The translations under genes were made by a program, and so were the position numbers. A stretch of 13,346 bases of DNA from Myxococcota bacterium. GTDB taxonomy: Bacteria; Myxococcota_A; UBA796; GCA-2862545. Of this stretch, positions 8,501-13,346 are shown one piece after another. The notes under the pieces are model-generated. The model had not been told where the DNA came from. It ran no database searches and saw nothing but the letters and a program-made list of their open reading frames with translations. Location of the stretch: assembly GCA_039208735.1 (NCBI GenBank), contig JBCCQY010000208.1, positions 1 through 13,346 on the forward strand. Direction: 5' to 3'. Positions within the stretch are counted from its first letter, which is position 1. The number at the start of each line of letters is the position of its first letter.

Positions 8501-9374
8501 CCGAAAAGGCCTTCTCGAGCTTCCAACGCCGGGTGTCCCACACCCGCATGCCTTGGCGAGAAATCGTGTAATAACGGGTGCCGTCGGTGGTAAATCCCGC
8601 GGTGTGAAAGCCGCCCCGATCGTCTTGGATGCACCGCTTAGCTTTGCCTTTACGAGATCGGTAAACCGTGAGTCGCGTCCCGCCTTGCGCGGTAGGGACA
8701 CCAGCCACCACCGTCTTGCCATCCGGAGAAAAGGAGAGCGTACGAAAGCGTCCGTGGTCCGCTCCAAGCTCGGCGACCGCCTCCCAAGGTTCCGTCCGCC
8801 AAAAAGCAATTCGTCCCTCGTCCGTCCCCCAGGTTTCGTCGTTCCGGGTCACGAGTCTTCGGCCATCCGGTGAAAGGAAGGCCTCGCGGTTGCGTTGCGC
8901 ATCCGGGCGCAAAACGACACGAATCCCCTCATGCAGGCCCACATGGCTGCGCGCGGCGGGGCACCAGCCATCTAAGACGAGCACGCTTGACTGTGGGGCG
9001 AAGGTGTAGGGACAAGGCGTAGGGATCGTTTGGAGCCGCCGGCCCGAGCGAGCATCCCACAGGTCGATCGTTGAATCATCGTGGCTCACCATGTGACGGC
9101 CATCGTCCGACAGGTCGACGCCCTGATCTCCGCGCAAGCGATGCAGCAATGCGCCGGTTTCCACATCCCAGACGAACGTGCCGTCGCCCTTTGCGGTGCT
9201 GACGAGGCGCCGGCCATCGCGGGAGAACTGTAGATGCGAAACGTTCGCGGTATGGCCGTGTTGCAGCATGAGCTTGGCGCCTTGCGGCGTCGGCTGGGCC
9301 CAAGCGGGCTTCACGGCCAACAGTCCAAGAACAGCGAAAATGACGCTTACCGTGCACTGAAACGAGTGTCGCAC
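5544..9374 (-). CDS. Secreted WD40/beta-propeller repeat protein with a C-terminal caspase (peptidase C14) domain, about 1276 aa
   Basis: Signal peptide ending KPAWA-Q. Many WD40-like repeats (GHTANVSHLQFSRDGRRLVS...VWD, multiple FSPDG/LSPDG). Linker WAVVDPEGRFDAS typical of WD40-caspase proteins. Caspase domain with LWVLAVGTSDY, VVFLAGHG (His 6435-6437), VVLDTCAAG (Cys 6249-6251), GQGVLTYALLE and QRP. The start is taken as GTG 9374, which has a GGAGG SD 7 nt upstream, rather than the ORF-track 9437. Confidence 0.92.
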   Translation of the reverse strand: MRHSFQCTVSVIFAVLGLLAVKPAWAQPTPQGAKLMLQHGHTANVSHLQFSRDGRRLVSTAKGDGTFVWDVETGALLHRLRGDQGVDLSDDGRHMVSHDDSTIDLWDARSGRRLQTIPTPCPYTFAPQSSVLVLDGWCPAARSHVGLHEGIRVVLRPDAQRNREAFLSPDGRRLVTRNDETWGTDEGRIAFWRTEPWEAVAELGADHGRFRTLSFSPDGKTVVAGVPTAQGGTRLTVYRSRKGKAKRCIQDDRGGFHTAGFTTDGTRYYTISRQGMRVWDTRRWKLEKAFSVPDGHPRATSVSGDGRLVVVGGAEASRRDHTAQLVDIATGAVRHHFEVPELWASALSYDGSRLALSSGHDILVFDTNTRAPLHRLGSKVQPITSVQHTGSQMLTVSDSAAQIWDWRDGTAHRRFVMKHTELLSASLSADGALLVTEEALTSGGLTNGTVAARDAVTGERIHRFGTGPRFTSADLSPDQRHLVTTSVNRLARWNVTTGELIQSEEPLEDPLSSATFSPDGTSVLVTSRGQDPTRGEVGQSVVYGWAPWRVRYRFEGGALDRQRASFSSDGTRLVTGELGRIEVRRARDGRLLHTLEGRYFATFSPDGKSLATSTGVFDMATGGPRFPFAGPNGAQRAAFSADGTRIASWSANEGIVRVQDHPSGTLVSQFDAGHDLVGLGFASQAHLVATAGDGASTLYEVATGEWKAIFVSFSDGGWAVVDPEGRFDASDDGQVAGAVWVIGGEPYALSQLRDLFYDPGLLAKRLGLRDEPLRPVPTLSTITAPALVERGHLEPNGQLDLRLEDQGGGIGAIFATLNGSDISDAVTQQCPELASGRDCRIDLASLPTWVAQGSNRVQVRAGNAANTVRSRGLLVFTEPNAPREEPDPPDLWVLAVGTSDYAGDQIDLGFAALDAQRFAEAFRLAGARGFSAERTHVRVLATEGTSGVDDAPTRQALDEAFDWLAGSDPFDTVVVFLAGHGVAYADPGGGVDDYFYLLSEASSMNDVRDPTLRARTTFSGSDLADAFTKVPALKRVVVLDTCAAGKVEFPLAASRNLSSDVIRAHARARERTGAWLLAGAAADQVSYEASRFGQGVLTYALLEAMRGPALDGSTLQVARWFGYAEDKVPEYAKDLGGVQRPVVRRGSSGDFIVGVLEASDRASVPIQNLRPVMAHATLQAEGGRLDTLRLSQTLNRYLRDQASRPHAPFVLWDVDPISDTWTISGTYAKAEGLTFQGFVTYLGEKESVEYPLRADALGAEELVRDIARQALLKVAP

Positions 9375-9448
9375 GCGACATCCTCCCCTGGCGATAAAGG
9401 CTACGGAGCTGCGCCGTTGCAGTAACGACTCGCGCACTAGGGATTGCC

Positions 9449-9485
9449 GTTGCTTTTGCGCAAGTTGCAGTTGCCCCAGGGCAAC
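9449..9485 (-). promoter_or_regulatory. Tandem palindromic operator-like site B between the divergent WD40-caspase and LysR genes
   Basis: Perfect inverted repeat CAGTTGCCC-ca-GGGCAACTG (9468-9487) plus GTTGCttttgcGCAAG (9449-9464), 21 bp apart. Read toward the caspase gene it is GTTGCcctgggGCAAC-tgcaa-CTTGCgcaaaaGCAAC, matching site A. It contains T-N11-A spacings compatible with LysR boxes. Confidence 0.7.
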
Positions 9486-9488
9486 TGG

Positions 9489-9518
9489 AATGGGCGCCCA
9501 ATGGGCGCCCGTGGGCGC
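9489..9518 (+). repeat. Short tandem repeat AATGGGCGCCC x2 plus a partial third copy
   Basis: AATGGGCGCCC (9489-9499), AATGGGCGCCC (9500-9510), GTGGGCGC (9511-9518). The core GGGCGCCC is self-complementary. Confidence 0.75.
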
Positions 9519-9617
9519 TTGTCCGCATCGGTGGCCAAAACCAAGCTCTAAGCGGTGTCGAGGCTTGGCCTTCGTCTTGCAGCTCGGCCTGCCTGGTGCC
9601 GGGAGGGCGATTCACGA

Positions 9618-10526
9618 ATGCGGCTGACGGATTTGCAGACATTCCTTCTTGTGGTGCGTGACGGAAGCATGGCCGAGGCCGCACGCGAGTTGGGGGTTCC
9701 CAATTCGACGGTAAGTCGACGGGTCTCGCGGCTTGAGGATGATCTCGGAACAGCACTTCTTGAGCGTGACGGGCGGAGCGCACGGGTCACCGACGCAGGT
9801 GAACTGATCGCCACCCGATGTGGGCCGGCGCTGCGTCAACTCGAGGAGGTGGAACAGCTCTTGGCGGCATCAGAGCCACGGGGGGTGCTCAAGCTCTGTG
9901 TCGCTCCCTCAGATGCCGCAGCGCCCGTATTCTCTCGATTTTTGCTTGATTACCGCGCGATATGCCCCGAGGTCGATGTCGAGGTCCACATGAGTGAACG
10001 AAACGTCGATTTGGTCGAAGAGGGATTTGATATCGCGATTCGACCCGGTGGCCCGCAGGTCGGAAGCCCAGGGCTCATGCGCCGGTTGCTCGGCAAGAGT
10101 CGTATGGGCTTCTTCGCAAGTCCCGAATTCCTCGCTCGCGTTCCGCCTCCCCCCTCACCCGATCTACTGTCAGGGGATGCAGTCATTGTGCAGCGTAGTC
10201 TCATGGCAACTTCGAAGGGTCGTGGCCATTCCGGGCGTCTGTGGAAGGCGCTGACGGGGTTGCCAGCTCGTTGTCGCATCGACGACTTTACCGTCATTGT
10301 TCGGATGGCGGTTCAAGGGGGCGGGATAGCACTTATGCCCAGCTATGTTGCGCAACCGCACCTCGAGTCGGGAACCCTTCGGCAACTGTGGCCCGAAGTC
10401 GAAATGCCACGGGGCTACCTGCACCTGCTCTGGCCCCAAAGCCGCCACCTCGCACTGCGGGTGCGCAGATTCATCGACCTGGCTGTCAAGGTTTTGGCCC
10501 CCGATGGCGAACTCGTTTGGCGTTGA
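9618..10526 (+). CDS. LysR-type transcriptional regulator (CrgA/DmlR-like), about 302 aa
   Basis: N-terminal HTH DLQTFLLVVRDGSMAEAARELGVPNSTVSRRVSRLEDDLGTALLER...VTDAG; substrate-binding domain motifs PRGVLKL, P.V.V, VDLVEEGFDIAIR, FASPEFL, GGGIALMP and RVRRFID. ATG 9618 has a GGAGG SD at 9602-9606. Confidence 0.95.
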   Translation: MRLTDLQTFLLVVRDGSMAEAARELGVPNSTVSRRVSRLEDDLGTALLERDGRSARVTDAGELIATRCGPALRQLEEVEQLLAASEPRGVLKLCVAPSDAAAPVFSRFLLDYRAICPEVDVEVHMSERNVDLVEEGFDIAIRPGGPQVGSPGLMRRLLGKSRMGFFASPEFLARVPPPPSPDLLSGDAVIVQRSLMATSKGRGHSGRLWKALTGLPARCRIDDFTVIVRMAVQGGGIALMPSYVAQPHLESGTLRQLWPEVEMPRGYLHLLWPQSRHLALRVRRFIDLAVKVLAPDGELVWR

Positions 10527-10551
10527 ACGTTCATGCGGTAGCGAACGGTAG

Positions 10552-11178
10552 GCGCACCCCCTAGGCGTACGCGTCACGGACTGGGGCTCCATCGACAACC
10601 TCCACGTGTCGGACGACAACTACGGGTACTTCGTCCACAACGGTCCTGAACTCCAGGGGACGAGCGAACTCACGTCCACCATGACACCAAGTGAGCTGAC
10701 CTTCCCCGTGGGCGAGCAGCCCTTCATGAGCGTAATGGGCTCCGAGTGGGTGGACTTCAGCGCGCTCGCAGACTTCGACGATCCCATGGTCGAGCTGACC
10801 TGGAGCTGCCACGTCGCAGACCCGTCGGAGCCCCACTACGCTGCCCCCGTCGGGATGACAGGCCATATCGGCACTTTCCCTGCCTCGTCGGGCGTTGCCC
10901 ATCGGTTCGTCGCGTGGGTGATGGACGACCACTCTGAAGTGCGGTTTGCTTTAGAGGGACGTTACTCCAACTTTATCCCTGCTCGGCTCATGACGTCCGA
11001 TGTCGGTGGCCACTCGTTCGAACTCTACTTCCCTCGATTTGGCGCGGTGGTGAATGGTCGACTGGTTGACCACGAGAGCTCCTACAAGTTGGCGGACCTC
11101 AAGTTCTCGACCACCGAATCGACCGAGCCTATGAGCTTGGAAGACATTACGCTCTTGGCGCTGCCTGTGCCCGAATAG
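10552..11178 (+). CDS. Hypothetical protein, probably 5'-truncated (remnant) or with an uncertain start (GTG 10606 or ATG 10681)
   Basis: The frame is open from just after TAG 10549-10551 to TAG 11176-11178, with GC-ending codons typical of genes in this window. There is no SD before GTG 10606, and the coding-like sequence (VRVTDWGSIDNLH) continues upstream of it. Confidence 0.55.
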   Translation, partial: AHPLGVRVTDWGSIDNLHVSDDNYGYFVHNGPELQGTSELTSTMTPSELTFPVGEQPFMSVMGSEWVDFSALADFDDPMVELTWSCHVADPSEPHYAAPVGMTGHIGTFPASSGVAHRFVAWVMDDHSEVRFALEGRYSNFIPARLMTSDVGGHSFELYFPRFGAVVNGRLVDHESSYKLADLKFSTTESTEPMSLEDITLLALPVPE

Positions 11179-11207
11179 CTGGTCCGACCACCGGAACAGG
11201 AGGATAG

Positions 11208-12296
11208 ATGCGCTCGCCTGGACTATGGCTGCTCGCCCTCTCGGCATGTAGCCCACGACCTCTGCTTGAGGTGCCGATTACCGGGGCCGACGAAGCGACG
11301 GAACAACTCCTGTCTGAAGGGGTGGCCCAGTTCGAGCGGTGGGTCGGACCCGGGCGCGTGCGCCTGGCAGAGATCTCGGTCGGACCGGTACCCGAAGATT
11401 TCCTTGGTAGGTACAATAGAATTCGTCAATCCGTCCTGCTAAGCGAAGATATTGAGGACGACAGTCGGCTCGTCCAAGTGCTCTACCACGAATTGTGCCA
11501 TGCGCTCGATTTTCAGAATCGGATCGTCAAGGATGATCGTTCATTATTCGAGCAGCTTTCCGATCCCTCTTCGAACTTCGTGGGGCTGCCTTCGCCCGAG
11601 GGTCACCTGTCGTCGAGCCAGCTCCCGCACGAAGTATTCGCTGACATGTGTGAGTTCGGACCCGTTGTTCACCAGGCCATGGCTCACTCATGCCCGGCTG
11701 AAGAAACCGATCCACTCCCCTCGGTCGCTCAGTGGTTCTTCGATGAGGTTTGGCTGGGCGAGGTTCCCGCTTCGTGGGTCGCCGGACCACCCGTCACCTG
11801 GGAAGCCTCGTTCGAGCCAGACATCGTCTACGGATACGCGAGCGAGGACGAGGTTGCGCTCGTCTTGCTCCTCGCCCGAGACCTCGGCGGGGAGGCCGAG
11901 CAGACCGACTATCCCCTCCTCAACGTGAAGGACGGCTCGCCCATGGTGGCCTCCGAGGTCAACGTGGGTTGGGCGGTCGAGCCTTACTACATCGACATCC
12001 CCGAAGCCCTGCCTTGGTGGGCGACCCTGACCCAGGGCGTGAGTGAACAGATCTCGGTGCCCTACAACCGCTACGTCCATTCCGAAGACGACGCTGCTGC
12101 ACTCGTCGATGTCCGCGCCCCGTTCCTGCAGGAGCGACTCCGCAGAATGCTCGTGCTGGACGATGGATGGAGGGCCACCAATGCATGCCCTGGAGAGCTT
12201 GGCGGCCTCTTTCGGGCCCAGGACACCTTCTACGTCATCTCGGCCGAAGGTCGCGTCGTCACCTGGCAAGCGCTCCGACCTTCCGAGGTGCGCTGA
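11208..12296 (+). CDS. Putative lipoprotein zinc metallopeptidase-like protein (HExxH), 362 aa
   Basis: Strong AGGAGGA SD; lipoprotein signal MRSPGLWLLALSA-C; zincin-like segment FLGRYN...SVLLS...VLYHELCHALD; downstream HEVFAD providing a candidate third (Glu) zinc ligand. Confidence 0.8.
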   Translation: MRSPGLWLLALSACSPRPLLEVPITGADEATEQLLSEGVAQFERWVGPGRVRLAEISVGPVPEDFLGRYNRIRQSVLLSEDIEDDSRLVQVLYHELCHALDFQNRIVKDDRSLFEQLSDPSSNFVGLPSPEGHLSSSQLPHEVFADMCEFGPVVHQAMAHSCPAEETDPLPSVAQWFFDEVWLGEVPASWVAGPPVTWEASFEPDIVYGYASEDEVALVLLLARDLGGEAEQTDYPLLNVKDGSPMVASEVNVGWAVEPYYIDIPEALPWWATLTQGVSEQISVPYNRYVHSEDDAAALVDVRAPFLQERLRRMLVLDDGWRATNACPGELGGLFRAQDTFYVISAEGRVVTWQALRPSEVR

Positions 12297-12493
12297 CCAG
12301 GGGTGAGACCATCGAAGTGGGCCCCTGGGGTGTCCCCAGAACTGCCCCGTCGGCGACGAGCCGCTCCAACAGCTTGAAACGCTCGACACCGGACATTTTC
12401 ATTCCCATTTGAGACAAGACGGACCCTCTGCTCAGATATCAACCTAGGGCTGGACTTTCGCGGAATCAGTGCGGATGGTCCACAATCTCTATG

Positions 12494-12514
12494 GATGATA
12501 TTCTATCTATCATC
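12494..12514. promoter_or_regulatory. AT-rich inverted repeat GATGATA-N7-TATCATC, candidate regulator binding site
   Basis: Perfect 7-bp inverted repeat in an unusually AT-rich patch (about 12484-12523) of a long intergenic region. Confidence 0.35.
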
Positions 12515-12830
12515 TTGATAAATGCCGCTTCAGCAGCTTGCCCTACTCCCTCGGCGTCATCCCCCCATGCGGCTTCGGCAGCTCGGCCACGGCCCCTCCC
12601 CGGGGATTGTGGCACGGCACCGTTCACCGCCGTTCACACCGCCCGATGTGAACGCTGCGTGCTCGTCGGATCAGCGCGCTCATTCATCGTCGACAGAACC
12701 AGGCAGTGCAGTCGCTAGGCCGTCAACGCCGTAGGGCCTCGGGCCGTGGCGCAATTATGTGGGTTTAAGTCGAGACGTGCGAGCCAACGCTTAGTTTCTG
12801 CCAGGCCGCTGCTACGGTCTTGGAGAACCG

Positions 12831-13346
12831 ATGCTCGTGCGAATCCCGATTGCCTGCTTCATTCTTTTCCTTTCCCCCGCATGCCTTCTCCGAGGCGGCG
12901 CCACAACGGATACCGACCCGCAAGACCCGGGCGACCCCGTTTCGACGACGCCCGCTCCGGTCGATGAGGACGACGATGGCTTCGCCGTCGACGACGACTG
13001 CGACGACACGAACGCAGCCATCTTTCCCGGTGCCGACGAGGTGTGCGACGCCATCGACAACGACTGCGATGGTGATGTCGACGTCGAGGACGCGGACTTG
13101 GTCGATGGCGTCGCCTTCTTTCCGGACGTCGACGGCGACGGGTTCGGAGACGATGCCGCGTCCGTCGTTGCTTGTGAGCCGGCCGACGGCTTCATCACCG
13201 AAGGGGGCGACTGCGACGACAACAACGCGGACCTCAACCCCGGCGCCATCGAGCTGTGCGACGGACTCGACAACGACTGCGACGCAGCCACGGCAGAGGC
13301 CGGTCTCGCCACGTTTTTTGGTGAAGCCGGCCCGGTCGACTTCACC
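12831..13346 (+). CDS. Secreted/lipoprotein with putative metal-binding (MopE-like, DCDD...PGA.E.CD..DNDCDG) repeats; partial, runs off the window
   Basis: Manual translation from ATG 12831 (GGAG SD at 12822-12825): MLVRIPIACFILFLSPAC...VDEDDDGFAVDDDCDDTNAAIFPGADEVCDAIDNDCDGDVD...FFPDVDGDGFGD...GDCDDNNADLNPGAIELCDGLDNDCD..., open to the window end. It is absent from the ORF track because no stop codon is in the window. Confidence 0.9.
   Translation, partial: MLVRIPIACFILFLSPACLLRGGATTDTDPQDPGDPVSTTPAPVDEDDDGFAVDDDCDDTNAAIFPGADEVCDAIDNDCDGDVDVEDADLVDGVAFFPDVDGDGFGDDAASVVACEPADGFITEGGDCDDNNADLNPGAIELCDGLDNDCDAATAEAGLATFFGEAGPVDFT

Noticed and set aside
12297..12339. Rho-independent terminator after the metallopeptidase gene
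   Set aside because: GC stems are present but there is no U-tract on either side, so it is not called as a terminator.
12259..12408. 49-codon minus-strand ORF (MGMKMSGVERFKLLERLVADG...) faintly resembling a Ser/Thr kinase N-terminus
   Set aside because: No Gly-rich loop or further kinase motifs, a weak SD, and it overlaps the end of the metallopeptidase gene.
12491..12734. Small ORFs 12491-12718 and 12522-12734, and a minus-strand GGMTPRE fragment resembling the end of an IS3 integrase or AraC protein
   Set aside because: Low-complexity translations, no SD for the plus-strand ORFs, and no other transposase or AraC motifs or terminal inverted repeats.
12812..13345. Minus-strand 177-aa Ser-rich ORF
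   Set aside because: Antisense shadow of the Asp-rich plus-strand gene starting at 12831; runs of GAC codons read as TCG/Ser on the opposite strand.

Overview
GC-rich bacterial DNA; the gene content (Cys/Asp 'DCDD...DNDCDG' repeat protein, WD40-caspase, short-signal lipoproteins) suggests a Myxococcota-like organism, which is an inference. From left to right: a contractile tail-sheath gene of the eCIS type (24-1616, minus) that appears to be the first gene of an operon running off the left edge; a divergent metacaspase-like C14 putative lipoprotein (1825-3726, +); an orphan exported protein with a C-terminal membrane anchor (3751-5547, +); a convergent secreted WD40-propeller/caspase protein (5544-9374, -); a divergent LysR regulator (9618-10526, +); a probably 5'-truncated hypothetical gene; an HExxH lipoprotein; and a partial metal-binding-repeat protein that the ORF track missed. 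The most notable non-coding signal is the same double palindrome, GTTG-N8-CAAC-N5-CTTGC-N6-GCAAC with a 21-bp period, upstream of both caspase genes. One copy is in the sheath/caspase divergent region and the other in the caspase/LysR divergent region. This suggests one co-regulated module of two exported caspases plus an orphan membrane protein, possibly coupled to a contractile injection system.
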